Positions 38,076 through 48,087 of a stretch of DNA of 64,000 bases are shown in pieces. The translations under genes and the position numbers were made by a program. Where the stretch lies: positions 1,824,001-1,888,000 of the forward strand of contig CP084167.1 in assembly GCA_021513715.1 (NCBI GenBank), given 5' to 3'. The stretch's first letter is position 1, and every line of letters begins with the position of its first letter. The DNA comes from Candidatus Heimdallarchaeum endolithica (lineage in GTDB: Archaea; Asgardarchaeota; Heimdallarchaeia; Heimdallarchaeales; Heimdallarchaeaceae). The notes under the pieces are model-generated. The model had not been told where the DNA came from. It saw nothing but the letters and a program-made list of their open reading frames with translations, and made no database searches.

Positions 38076-39377
38076 ATGAAAGCTGTTATTCTCGCTGCAG
38101 GAAAAGGAGAAAGGCTAAGACCTTTAACAGAAACTACTCCAAAACCCATGTTAAAGCTTTTAGGAAAAACTATTATTGAACGGCAGTTTCTAGCTTTGAC
38201 TAAAGCTGGAGTAAAAGAATTCATTATTGTCACAAATTACATGGAAGAAAAAATACAAGAGCATATTGCGTCAATAGCCCCACCACATACTTCTATAATT
38301 TTTGTTCATCAAGAGAACGTAAGAGGAACAGCCGATGCATTTCTAAGTGTAAAAAGTTATCTTGATGATGATTTCTTTATAGGTTTAAATGGAGATTGTG
38401 TTTACTCTCCTCAAATTATAGAAAAGGCAATAGATGTTCTAAAGGAGAAAAAAATTGGTTTAGGAGGAAAGCTAGTAAAGGACACACACAACTACGGAAT
38501 AATTCAGTTAGATGATAAATATCCTACTGCAATCATAGAGAAACCTCCAAAGGGAGAGATAGAAGAAGGCTATGCAAATATCGGTATTTATGTATTACCA
38601 ACTGAAATAATCAATATTCTAGAAGAAATGATTAAACAAAAGGAAATCTCCCCAAGAGGAGAATATGAATTTCCAACAGCCATAAACAAGCTTATTTCCC
38701 ATGGTGACTACAAAACTGCATTAATAAAGGTGGAAGAAAAAGATTATTGGTTTGATATTGGATTACCGTGGACTTTACTAGAAGCTAATCAAAAACTCCT
38801 TTCTTTATGTGACGAAGAAAAAGAAGGAAAAATAGAAAATAATGTTCACATTGAAGGAAAAGTGATCATAAAAAAGGGTGCTATTATTAGAAGTGGTGTA
38901 TATTTACAAGGTCCAGTATTCATTGATGAAGGAGCAGACATTGGACCAAATTGCTACATACGGAAATACACTTACTTAGGAAAAAACACTAGAATAGGGA
39001 ATGCTTGTGAAGTGAAAAATTCGATCATTTACGACGGAACACATGCTGGGCACTTATCCTATATAGGAGATAGTATAATTGGAGAAAATTCTAATTTTGG
39101 GGCAGGAACAATTACTGCCAACTTAAGACTAGACGATAGAACGGTTAAAATGATTATCAAAAACGAGAGAATCGATAGCCAAAGAAGAAAACTTGGAGCA
39201 ATCATAGGCAACAATGTAAAAACAGGTATTGGGGCATTATTTATGCCTGGTGTAAAAATAGGACATGACACATGGATCGGAGCAGGAACAATCGTAAATG
39301 AAGACGTAGAATCTAAAATGATATATTATTCAAAACCTAAAAACATACAAAAAGGAAAAGAAACTAATGTTGGTTAG
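38076..39377 (+). CDS. glmU: Bifunctional sugar-1-phosphate nucleotidylyltransferase/acetyltransferase (GlmU-like)
   Basis: LAAGKGERLRPLT..PKP, EKP, hexapeptide repeats, HLSYIGDS, GAGTITAN. Confidence 0.9.
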   Translation: MKAVILAAGKGERLRPLTETTPKPMLKLLGKTIIERQFLALTKAGVKEFIIVTNYMEEKIQEHIASIAPPHTSIIFVHQENVRGTADAFLSVKSYLDDDFFIGLNGDCVYSPQIIEKAIDVLKEKKIGLGGKLVKDTHNYGIIQLDDKYPTAIIEKPPKGEIEEGYANIGIYVLPTEIINILEEMIKQKEISPRGEYEFPTAINKLISHGDYKTALIKVEEKDYWFDIGLPWTLLEANQKLLSLCDEEKEGKIENNVHIEGKVIIKKGAIIRSGVYLQGPVFIDEGADIGPNCYIRKYTYLGKNTRIGNACEVKNSIIYDGTHAGHLSYIGDSIIGENSNFGAGTITANLRLDDRTVKMIIKNERIDSQRRKLGAIIGNNVKTGIGALFMPGVKIGHDTWIGAGTIVNEDVESKMIYYSKPKNIQKGKETNVG

Positions 39378-40977
39378 AGAACAAAACGCAATAAAGAAAG
39401 AGTGGAATGAGGAAAAAATCAAAATTGGCTTGGTTTATCCTCAAACTTATCGCGTGGCTATGACCTCATTAGCGATACAATTACTTTATTTTCTTTTCAA
39501 TAGTTGGGATAATTTCATCTGCGAAAGAATATTTAAACCCTTAAACCCTACTCAAACCCCTTATTCTTTAGAAAATCAGAAAAATATGAAAGATTTTGAT
39601 ATTATAGCTATTTCATGTCAATTTGAATTTGATTATATTTATGCAATAGAGATGCTTCAAAAAGCGGGGATAGAACCTGATGTGAGGAAAAGAAAAGAAA
39701 GTGACCCTCTAATTATGATAGGAGGACCATCTGTAACCGTAAACCCCTTCCCTATATTGTTTGTACCTGATATCTTTTTTTTAGGAGATTTTGAACCAGT
39801 TGAAAATCTATTTAGAAACGCACTCAGTGAACAGTCAAAGAAATTAAGAATTGAATCACTTCTAGATGTTCCTGGGGTCATCAGTTTTGATTATTCTTAT
39901 GACAAAAATGGTAAATGGATTGGACAAAAAGTTCAATCAGTAAAGATTAAAGATTTCTCAAAGACTTTTTACCCTATAAAGCAAATTATTCCTGAAAATG
40001 TTCAAGGAACAAAAAATGAACCAGTATTTGGGAAAGCATATTATTTGGAAACTGATAGAGGATGCAACCAAAGATGTAACTTTTGTATGGTTGGACATTG
40101 TCGCTTTCCTAGAGTTGGTAGAACACTTGAACAATTAACTAAAATTATAGATCTTGCTTCAGAGCAAAATGATTTTGATAAAGTTATAATTTACGGGAGT
40201 GCAGTAGCGCAATCAGGAAATTTGGACAAATTATTGGAGCATATTGTTAATTTGGGATACGAAGTCTCTTGTTCTTCATTTAGAGCCGACTATATAACAG
40301 AGGAATTACTTACAATTTTAAAGAACGGTGGACAAAGAACTTTAACTTTAGCTCCAGAAACAGGAGATGAAGAATTAAGATTAGACATAAATAAAATCAT
40401 GTACGATGAAGATATTTTTAATGCCATTGATATTGCATGGAAAACAGGATTTAGGAAATTAAAATTGTACATGATCTATGGTTTCCCCTTTGAAGATGAA
40501 ATAGTAGAACAGAGAAATATTGACTTTGTTAAAAACATAAGAAAAAAATATTTTCCCACTGGAAAAATTTCTGTTTCAATTAACCAACTTATTTCTAAAG
40601 CAAACACACCTTTCCAATTCGCACCGATGCTCACAATTAAAGAATCCAAGATGAAGCAACAAAAGTATAAGAAAGAAATTTACCAAATCAAAAACACCTC
40701 TCCCGGTTTCTTTGAACCAGAGTGGGCAGCAATACAAAAAATACTCTCATTAAGAGATCAAGTTTACCTTCCATTTTTATTAGAGATAGCACAATTGAAG
40801 AATAGTATTGGTAACTGGAAGAGATTATTAAAGAAAAATAATAACAGCTTTGATAAAGAATTACTCTGGCATCCAGAAATAAAAGATGAACTGCCTTGGG
40901 ACAACATAACACACAATTTGTCCAAAAAAACAGTAGTAGCAGCATATCTAAAATATATGGACAAAAGAGCAAAATAG
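39367..40977 (+). CDS. Radical SAM protein with N-terminal B12-binding-like domain
   Basis: YP.TY.VAM, GGP, RGCNQRCNFC, TLAPETG, LKLYMIYG. Confidence 0.85.
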   Translation: MLVREQNAIKKEWNEEKIKIGLVYPQTYRVAMTSLAIQLLYFLFNSWDNFICERIFKPLNPTQTPYSLENQKNMKDFDIIAISCQFEFDYIYAIEMLQKAGIEPDVRKRKESDPLIMIGGPSVTVNPFPILFVPDIFFLGDFEPVENLFRNALSEQSKKLRIESLLDVPGVISFDYSYDKNGKWIGQKVQSVKIKDFSKTFYPIKQIIPENVQGTKNEPVFGKAYYLETDRGCNQRCNFCMVGHCRFPRVGRTLEQLTKIIDLASEQNDFDKVIIYGSAVAQSGNLDKLLEHIVNLGYEVSCSSFRADYITEELLTILKNGGQRTLTLAPETGDEELRLDINKIMYDEDIFNAIDIAWKTGFRKLKLYMIYGFPFEDEIVEQRNIDFVKNIRKKYFPTGKISVSINQLISKANTPFQFAPMLTIKESKMKQQKYKKEIYQIKNTSPGFFEPEWAAIQKILSLRDQVYLPFLLEIAQLKNSIGNWKRLLKKNNNSFDKELLWHPEIKDELPWDNITHNLSKKTVVAAYLKYMDKRAK

Positions 40978-41061
40978 TAAATAGAGCAAGCATAGAACTT
41001 TTTCGAGAGCAAGATTAGCTAATCACTTTTTACAAAAATCAAGTGGATAGCAAAGCAGATG

Positions 41062-41336
41062 TTTATAAAGAGAATGTGTACCTTGCATTAAGGTGTAGTT
41101 ATCAGATGGGTGTCTTTACAAGAAGCACCTATCTTTTAGGCAGAGGAAGTCACCTTTTTGTCTACTGGAGAAACAAAAATTATTCTCTCTTAAGGTAATA
41201 TTTAAAAAAATACTCTATTCGTTTCTTTTAGAGGATAAAAAGACAGTATAACAAATCAATAATTCGTCGGTTTATCCATTGAAACGCGAAGCTCGATTAA
41301 TAATATCATTAATGTCGAGCGCCACGAAGAAAGATC
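41062..41336 (+). promoter_or_regulatory. TATA box and long multi-hairpin leader upstream of the uS13-uS4-uS11 operon
   Basis: TTTATAAA at 41062-41069; stems 41104-41134, 41137-41164, 41224-41242, 41291-41320. Confidence 0.5.
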
Positions 41337-41819
41337 GTGGGATCAAAAAAAAAGGTGATAAAGATTTCGCATGAATCTGGATTTAGGTATTTAGTACGTG
41401 TAATGAGCACAGATATAAAAGGTGATTTACCAATCCATTTAGGATTGACAAGAATAAAGGGAGTTAACAGGCGATTAGCAACTCTCATTGCTAATAAACT
41501 TGAAATCTCTTTAGATACTAGAATTGGGACGCTTACTGAAAAATCAATTAAAGACATTGAAGCTATTTTGGCGAACCCATTAGAATATAATATTCCTCCT
41601 TATCTTTTAAATCGTCGAAAAGATCGTTTTTCTGGTGAGGACAGGCATATTACAGAAGCACAACTAGTTTTAACTACCAAACAAGATATTGAACGGTATA
41701 TTAGAACTCGTTCTCGCCGTGGAATTAGACACCAATATGGTTTGAAGGTCCGAGGACAACGAACTAGAACCCATGGTAAGAAGGGTACCACCGTAGGTGT
41801 GTCAAAGAAGAAGAAATAG
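41337..41819 (+). CDS. rps13: 30S ribosomal protein uS13
   Basis: FRYLVR, LTRIKGV, LNRRKD, RGIRH..GLKVRGQRTR. Confidence 0.97.
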   Translation: MGSKKKVIKISHESGFRYLVRVMSTDIKGDLPIHLGLTRIKGVNRRLATLIANKLEISLDTRIGTLTEKSIKDIEAILANPLEYNIPPYLLNRRKDRFSGEDRHITEAQLVLTTKQDIERYIRTRSRRGIRHQYGLKVRGQRTRTHGKKGTTVGVSKKKK

Positions 41820-41833
41820 AGAAGGTGTAGATA

Positions 41834-42475
41834 ATGGGTGGAATTCGTAGACACAGAAAGAAGATTGTAACTCCTGGTCATCCTTATGACAGTGAGAGAT
41901 TAATAAATGAGCTTGTATTTGTTGGAGAATATGGTCTCAGAAATAAGAAAGAATTGTGGAAAGCTAGAACTATTCTTTCTACAGCTAGAGCTCAAGCTAG
42001 AAAGCTCTTAGCTCAACCAGCTGAAATTCGAGAACAAAGAGAAAAAGAGTTGCTTTCAAGATTAACTCGTTTAGGTTTACTCCCTCCTGGAGCAGATTTA
42101 GATACTGTTCTAGCTCTTGATGTTAGATCAGTACTTAATCGTCGGTTACAAACTATTGTATTTAACAAAGGTTTAGCTCGTTCTCCTTATCAAGCTAGGC
42201 AATTTGTTGTTCATAGACATATTGCTTTAAATGGTAGAGTAGTAACTTCTCCTGGAAGACTAATTACTGTTGAGGAAGAAGATTTAATTTCTTATGCTCC
42301 TCGTTCACCCCTCAACAGAGATGATCATCCAGCAAAACCTCAAGCAACTCCAGTTTTTGAAGAGCCAAAGGGAAAAACTAAACCTGGTAGATCTAAAGAT
42401 AATGCAAAAAGCCAAGAAAATGAAGGACCAGAAAAAGTTGAGGAAGTAGAGGTTCTAGAAGAAATTGAAGGATAA
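41834..42475 (+). CDS. rps4: 30S ribosomal protein uS4
   Basis: TPGHP, EYGLRNKKELW, RRLQT, QARQFVVHRHI; acidic C-terminal extension. Confidence 0.97.
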   Translation: MGGIRRHRKKIVTPGHPYDSERLINELVFVGEYGLRNKKELWKARTILSTARAQARKLLAQPAEIREQREKELLSRLTRLGLLPPGADLDTVLALDVRSVLNRRLQTIVFNKGLARSPYQARQFVVHRHIALNGRVVTSPGRLITVEEEDLISYAPRSPLNRDDHPAKPQATPVFEEPKGKTKPGRSKDNAKSQENEGPEKVEEVEVLEEIEG

Positions 42476-42494
42476 AGGAGTCAAGGTGTAAGAA

Positions 42495-42890
42495 ATGAGT
42501 AAGAGAAATATCAAATTTGGGATAGCTCACATTTACAGCAGCTATAATGACACAATTGTTCACATAACTGATCTATCAGGAGCAGAAACTTTTAGTAGAA
42601 AAAGTGGAGGGATGTTTGTAAAAGCAGATAGAAACGAGTCCAGTCCATACGCTGCAATGAAAGCCGCTAGTGAAGCAGCTAATGAAGCAATGGATAAAGG
42701 AATAACTGGTTTATATGTCAGATACAGAGCTCCTGGTGGTCATAAAAACAGAACTCCAGGACCAGGAGTTCAAGCTGCATTAAGAGCTTTAAAAAGAGCA
42801 GGAATGCGAATAGTTAGATTAGAAGATGTTACTCCTCTTCCAACGGATGGTACCAGAAGAAAAGGTGGCCGTCGAGGAAGAAGAATGTAA
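42495..42890 (+). CDS. rps11: 30S ribosomal protein uS11
   Basis: [36 protein letters not shown]. Confidence 0.97.
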   Translation: MSKRNIKFGIAHIYSSYNDTIVHITDLSGAETFSRKSGGMFVKADRNESSPYAAMKAASEAANEAMDKGITGLYVRYRAPGGHKNRTPGPGVQAALRALKRAGMRIVRLEDVTPLPTDGTRRKGGRRGRRM

Positions 42891-42990
42891 ACTTTTTTCT
42901 TTTCTCTTTTTTATTTATTGAAAAATAGAAATATTGCTCTAACAAGAATATTTTCTAAAAATTTATTATTTAGCTTTTGCTATCACCATT

Positions 42991-43872
42991 ATGAGTTTTC
43001 TAAATATAAATAATGATTGCATTTTATGTGGTCGATGTGTAGATATTTGCCCTAGATACATTTTCCAAATTGATAAAGCAAAATCTAAGAAAGTGATGAT
43101 TAATGAAAATATTCAATATTGCCACGATTGTGGGCATTGTATTGCAATATGTCCCAAAGATGCAATAATTAATACTAGAATGGGAGATAATTTAGAGGTA
43201 GATTTTCCGTTAGTTCCTTCAAGTATTGATTATGAAAAAGCTTTATCTTTTATTCGCATAAGAAGATCAATAAGGAAATTTAAATCTGAACCTATCTCTG
43301 AAGAAAAGATTAAGCAACTTTTGGAATTTGGAAGATTTGCCCCTACTGGCCACAACACCAACGCAGTTGAGTATACAATAGTTGTTGGAAGAAACAAAGT
43401 TGATCTTTTATGGAAAGAAACAGTTCAATTAATGAAAGAAGTGATATGCAAAATTAACAATCCATTTTGGGTTGCAATGGCTTATCTACTCGGAAAAAAG
43501 AATTTTATAAAAGAAGCTAAAAAAAATGAATATAGATTAAAAAGCCATATCACTAACTTTGAGAATAAAAGAGATACAATTTTTCATGGAGCACCTATGT
43601 TGATTTTACTGCATGCAGGAAAGAAAGCTGCAAGCCCAATTGAAGATTGTGCAATAGCTTCTGAGAACATTATGCTAGGAGCGAGTACATTAGGATTAGG
43701 AGCAACAATTATTGGTTACTTTATTAGAGCGTGGAAATACTCAAAAAAAATAAAAAGACTTGTAAACCTACCGGAAAACCATATACTTTATTCCTGTTTA
43801 AGTGTGGGTATTCCAGCTTATAATTTCAGAAGACTGGTCCCACGACCAGAACCAAAAATTTCCTTTATATAG
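42991..43872 (+). CDS. Nitroreductase with N-terminal 2x[4Fe-4S] ferredoxin domain
   Basis: CILCGRCVDICP, CHDCGHCIAICP, RRSIRKF, APTGHN, LGLGAT. Confidence 0.92.
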   Translation: MSFLNINNDCILCGRCVDICPRYIFQIDKAKSKKVMINENIQYCHDCGHCIAICPKDAIINTRMGDNLEVDFPLVPSSIDYEKALSFIRIRRSIRKFKSEPISEEKIKQLLEFGRFAPTGHNTNAVEYTIVVGRNKVDLLWKETVQLMKEVICKINNPFWVAMAYLLGKKNFIKEAKKNEYRLKSHITNFENKRDTIFHGAPMLILLHAGKKAASPIEDCAIASENIMLGASTLGLGATIIGYFIRAWKYSKKIKRLVNLPENHILYSCLSVGIPAYNFRRLVPRPEPKISFI

Positions 43873-43900
43873 GTTATAAGATAAAAATAATAAAATATTG

Positions 43901-44560
43901 TTAATATAGCTGTTCCAAGAGCTTATCGAGATGTTTTATCATCTCTCTCTTCAATACTTCTTTAGGTGGTTTTTCTAGAGTTTTAATCGCTGTCAAATCT
44001 TGTTCTAATATAATATGAGCTGCTATGGTACGAAGAATATCATTATACACACTTTCTGGAAGTTGATGTTCAATACTTGTTATAGGTTCTGCCTTAATCA
44101 TTTCTTTCTTTTGTCTAACTGTAGATTTAACAACAACTTTTTCCTTTGGAACAAGCATTTTTTCTCCAGAGACTAGTGCTCTTTCTTGTTCGTCTATTGC
44201 TTGAAAGGTTGCTTTTTCTATTTTAATGTCTACTGGCTTCATTACCTCCCGTATTGTTTCTTTACCAAAATCTTCTAATTTTCCTGCAAATATCTCTTGC
44301 AATTTTTCTTCTGATTCTTCATGCTCAATATTCACAATTTTATACTTAGAAGAGAAGAATCTTGCATTGAGATTAGTTGCAGCTCTCCCTGCTGCATAAG
44401 CTAATGATCTGGTTATGCCTGGTTTTCTGTATATCCAAATTTTTTTTGGTTCTCGATCTAAAATTAAATACGCCCCACTACCTTTTTCTAGGCTTGAAAT
44501 ATCTGCTCCAACCTCTGAATAACTTCCATCCTTTTTTACAGAGAAGATTCTTATTGTCAT
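43901..44560 (-). CDS. Protein with N-terminal gelsolin-like domain
   Basis: L...GAYLILD....KIWIY..PG...AYAAGRAATNL matches the gelsolin-repeat pattern. Confidence 0.6.
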   Translation of the reverse strand: MTIRIFSVKKDGSYSEVGADISSLEKGSGAYLILDREPKKIWIYRKPGITRSLAYAAGRAATNLNARFFSSKYKIVNIEHEESEEKLQEIFAGKLEDFGKETIREVMKPVDIKIEKATFQAIDEQERALVSGEKMLVPKEKVVVKSTVRQKKEMIKAEPITSIEHQLPESVYNDILRTIAAHIILEQDLTAIKTLEKPPKEVLKREMIKHLDKLLEQLY

Positions 44561-44642
44561 TGGATCCCCCTTAAAATTACATACTAGTAATACAATTGGA
44601 AGGGGATACTAAAATTTTTCCTTTTTTCTTCAAACTAAAATA

Positions 44643-45362
44643 CTATTCAGCATAAAGAGTTCTATCTTCTATATTTGCATTTGAAAACGCTCTTTTTCTT
44701 CGTAAACAGCTCTCACATTTTCCACAATGAATTGGTCTTCCATCTTTAGTCCATCCAGTGATTCTGTAACATGAAGACGAAAACTCATATTTCGCACTTT
44801 TTTCATTTAGAAACAAAACAATATCCTTTTTATTAGAAGTAATAAAAGGAGAAATAACTCTTACTTTATTCATACAACCAAGTTTCATAACAGCATTCAT
44901 TCGTTCAACAAAATCTTCAGTATTATCAGGAAAAGTTTCTCCTTCTTCCATATTTGCACCAAAGATGATATCCACTGAATTTTTTTCACTGTCTGCATCT
45001 GATGCAGCTATAGACAAAAATAGTAAATTTCTACCTGGAACCCACACTTTTTTTGCAGAATCTATGGTTATATCCTTCTCATCTAATTTTTCAAATTCCT
45101 TAAATTCAGGGAGGTCTTCTACAGATTGAGAAAGATTGGAACCTGCTTTAGCAGTAAACTCCTTTAGAAATGGTAGAGAGATAATTTTTGATTCTATAGA
45201 AAAAAATTCTCCAAATGTTTTATTTGTTCTCTCTATTACTTCATCTTCTTTACTCCCATACAAAAATGATAATAAAGAAACAGAACCATATTTTTCTAAT
45301 GCCCAATAGAGGCAAGCTGTAGAATCTAAACCTCCTGAAAATAACACTATGGCTTTTTTCAT
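44643..45362 (-). CDS. queC: 7-cyano-7-deazaguanine synthase
   Basis: SGGLDS, VPGRN, FPDN, SCY...HCGKCESC..R. Confidence 0.93.
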   Translation of the reverse strand: MKKAIVLFSGGLDSTACLYWALEKYGSVSLLSFLYGSKEDEVIERTNKTFGEFFSIESKIISLPFLKEFTAKAGSNLSQSVEDLPEFKEFEKLDEKDITIDSAKKVWVPGRNLLFLSIAASDADSEKNSVDIIFGANMEEGETFPDNTEDFVERMNAVMKLGCMNKVRVISPFITSNKKDIVLFLNEKSAKYEFSSSCYRITGWTKDGRPIHCGKCESCLRRKRAFSNANIEDRTLYAE

Positions 45363-45401
45363 TGTAAAACAAAAATGGCAGGTATTTTTTTATTTTTCTG
45401 T

Positions 45402-46745
45402 TTAATCCTTTCTCAATTTTACTATGAAAAAGCCTTCTGTATTATGTAAACTGGGAGTTAACATTTGCGCTTTATTTTCAAGTGATTCTATTCTTAGCCC
45501 TATCATTGGTTCCATTTTTGAAATACTAAAATTTGTATGCTTGGAGAGAAATTCTTCTATTACATACACATTTTCATCTTTAAATATTGAACAGGTTGAG
45601 TAGGTAATTTCTCCTCCATCCTCAAGTATTCTTGCTGATTCATCTAACAACTTCTTTTGAATATTAGTATAAAATTTCAAATCTCTTTTTTCTAATCGAA
45701 ATTTCGTTTCAGGTCTAGTAGAATAAGTTCCAGAACCCGTACATGGCGGGTCAAGAAGTATTTTGTTAAACTTATTCTTGAATAAACTTGATATCATTTT
45801 TGAATCTGTGTTTACAATTTCAATTCCTTTAACGCCTAGTAGTTCCATCCTCTGCTTCAAAATAGAGACTCTTCTTTCATTTAACTCGCAAGCAAATATA
45901 TTATTTCCAGAATTTATTAATGCAGCTAAATGTGATGATTTTTGTCCTGGTGCAGCACATAAATCTAAAATAAGATCTTGAGGTTTAGGGTTTAATATTA
46001 GAGAGACCAATGCTGAAGATTTCTGTTGTATTACTATTTTTCCATCTTTAAAAATATCTAATCTAGGGAGAGCAATGGGAGACTTTTTAATTTGTATTAA
46101 ATTAGGTACATCTTTATCAATTTGATATTTAATATCAAATGAAGTTAACACACTCTCTATTTCCTTCAGTTCAGATTTTAAAGTATTCACTCTTATATAA
46201 GTAGGGAGTACAGTTTGGATCGAATTAAGAAAATCTAGTGAAAAATTTTCTCCCCATTGAGAAAATAACTTCCGAATGATCCAAGTCGGGGTGGAATATT
46301 TTAGAGATAAGAGACTAACTTCATCTTTGTTTCTTTTCAGCATTTCCATTGTTACAGATTCAATGTTTCTCACGATTTCATCAAAGACGAATTTTTCGTT
46401 TTTTTTGAATATAGCGTTGAATTCTTTCTTTATATTGCTTAACATCGAACTGTATACTTGAGAATACTTAACAATAAAAGTAATTAAACGTAACAATGCC
46501 TTTTTTTCAAATGACAATTTCTTCAATGAAAAATATGAAGAGCTTTCTTTTATATAAAGGTCGATTACATTTAGTTTTCCTATAATATTAAAAACAATAT
46601 AGTATATCCTTGCTTCTTCATCTTTAGTTAACGTATATTCTGTTCTAACTCTATTCATTGCGTTTCGTATTGAATCTCCTTTTTCTACTTGAACTAAAGC
46701 AGCGATAACAGGTTTTGTAATTATATTCATTTCTCTCCCTCTCAT
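45402..46745 (-). CDS. RsmB/NOP2-family RNA m5C methyltransferase
   Basis: RVNTLK, DLCAAPGQKS, LDPPCTGSG, YSTCS, EGFF. Confidence 0.92.
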   Translation of the reverse strand: MRGREMNIITKPVIAALVQVEKGDSIRNAMNRVRTEYTLTKDEEARIYYIVFNIIGKLNVIDLYIKESSSYFSLKKLSFEKKALLRLITFIVKYSQVYSSMLSNIKKEFNAIFKKNEKFVFDEIVRNIESVTMEMLKRNKDEVSLLSLKYSTPTWIIRKLFSQWGENFSLDFLNSIQTVLPTYIRVNTLKSELKEIESVLTSFDIKYQIDKDVPNLIQIKKSPIALPRLDIFKDGKIVIQQKSSALVSLILNPKPQDLILDLCAAPGQKSSHLAALINSGNNIFACELNERRVSILKQRMELLGVKGIEIVNTDSKMISSLFKNKFNKILLDPPCTGSGTYSTRPETKFRLEKRDLKFYTNIQKKLLDESARILEDGGEITYSTCSIFKDENVYVIEEFLSKHTNFSISKMEPMIGLRIESLENKAQMLTPSLHNTEGFFIVKLRKD

Positions 46746-46770
46746 TTTTAGATTTTGTTCTAACTATACA

Positions 46771-47574
46771 TCAATATTGCTCATAATCGTGAAGAGTTTT
46801 TAATTTTATTGAATCTTGCGGAAGAAATAGTGCAGGTATCTCAACATCTAACTGGATTATTTGTGCAAGTTTTCTAAGTAAAATATTCATATAATCAATG
46901 TGATTCAAGTATATTAAATTCAAGTTTGCTTCTTTGTACAAAGGCAACCTTTGTGAACTTAAGTAAAAAGAGATTATAGTATCCACCCCAGCATCTTTTA
47001 TTGCAAAAATATCATTTGTTGTAAATGGAATTGAAGGATTTTCTACAATTAATTTAGAATTCTCTTTCTTCATATCTAAAAACACCAAATTTTTTGATAG
47101 GTGAGAGATGGATGTGATGAACTCATCTAGGGATATAGGTGATACAGAAAAAATCGAACTGTTACAATTATCTAAAGTAATAGGCTCTTCATCAAGATAA
47201 TTTATCCCTATCGTATTAAGGAAATATTGGAAACCAGTTTTAAACAACCATTCTTGTGACATATTAATTGTACTTATATTATTAATTGATAGTGCCCTTA
47301 TTAGCTCATATTCTTTATCAACAAGCATACCTTTTTCAGCTTTAGCAAAAGGTATAGACTCTGTTTTTAGAACAAGATTCAGTTTGTTTTCTAACATAAA
47401 AACGATATTACTATTCGAAAAATAGGGTGTAACTAAAATACCAGATATATGAAGCGCTTTCAATCTTTCTTCATTAGTTGGAGCGAATTCAACGGTAAAC
47501 GCCTGAGAGGACATAATATCAACAGTAAATGTTTTCCTAAGTTGTTTAAGAAATTTATAAAGTGTTATAGCCAT
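46771..47574 (-). CDS. Hypothetical protein, possibly a degenerate NIF3-like fold
   Basis: Size and overall pattern resemble NIF3 but the His metal ligands are mostly absent. Confidence 0.45.
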   Translation of the reverse strand: MAITLYKFLKQLRKTFTVDIMSSQAFTVEFAPTNEERLKALHISGILVTPYFSNSNIVFMLENKLNLVLKTESIPFAKAEKGMLVDKEYELIRALSINNISTINMSQEWLFKTGFQYFLNTIGINYLDEEPITLDNCNSSIFSVSPISLDEFITSISHLSKNLVFLDMKKENSKLIVENPSIPFTTNDIFAIKDAGVDTIISFYLSSQRLPLYKEANLNLIYLNHIDYMNILLRKLAQIIQLDVEIPALFLPQDSIKLKTLHDYEQY

Positions 47575-47629
47575 AAATAATGAATCTCTAAAACGAATAA
47601 AAAAGATTTGGATAAAAACTGTTCTTTTT

Positions 47630-48082
47630 CTATTCTGAAAAAGAAGCTATACTCGTTGGAGTTTCAGATATAGAAACTGTGATTTTCAATTTAGGGTAAG
47701 TTTCTTTTATTAAATTATGGATATATTTTGCCAACAACTCTGCTGTTGTAGCTTCAATAGGGAGAATTAACACATCGTCTTTTGGAAAACGATAATATTT
47801 ATTTTCAGTAGTTAAAATCTTTACTTCGCGTTCATCAGAAATTATATTAAATTCTTTATTCTGTGAGGGAACTAGTATCCTATGGTCGAATTGTTTTACT
47901 ATATTTCGAACTTTAGTTTTAAATTCTCCAAAATCAACCACCATCTTTTTCACATTTAATTGTCCTTCAGCTTCAACTCTTAATCTATAGTTATGTCCAT
48001 GCAATCTAGAACATTTATCATGATTAGATAGTATGTGAGCTGCTGAAAACGAAATCTTATCTCCTGAAATTTGTATCTTCAT
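47630..48082 (-). CDS. queD: 6-carboxytetrahydropterin synthase
   Basis: FSAAH, C.RLHGHNY, VDFG, DHR, TAE, SET. Confidence 0.92.
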   Translation of the reverse strand: MKIQISGDKISFSAAHILSNHDKCSRLHGHNYRLRVEAEGQLNVKKMVVDFGEFKTKVRNIVKQFDHRILVPSQNKEFNIISDEREVKILTTENKYYRFPKDDVLILPIEATTAELLAKYIHNLIKETYPKLKITVSISETPTSIASFSE

Positions 48083-48087
48083 TTACA

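Noticed and set aside
41137-41164. RNase P RNA suggested by gaggaagtc
   Set aside because: The motif sits inside a local hairpin and the matching 3' ACAGAA...GGCUUA element is absent
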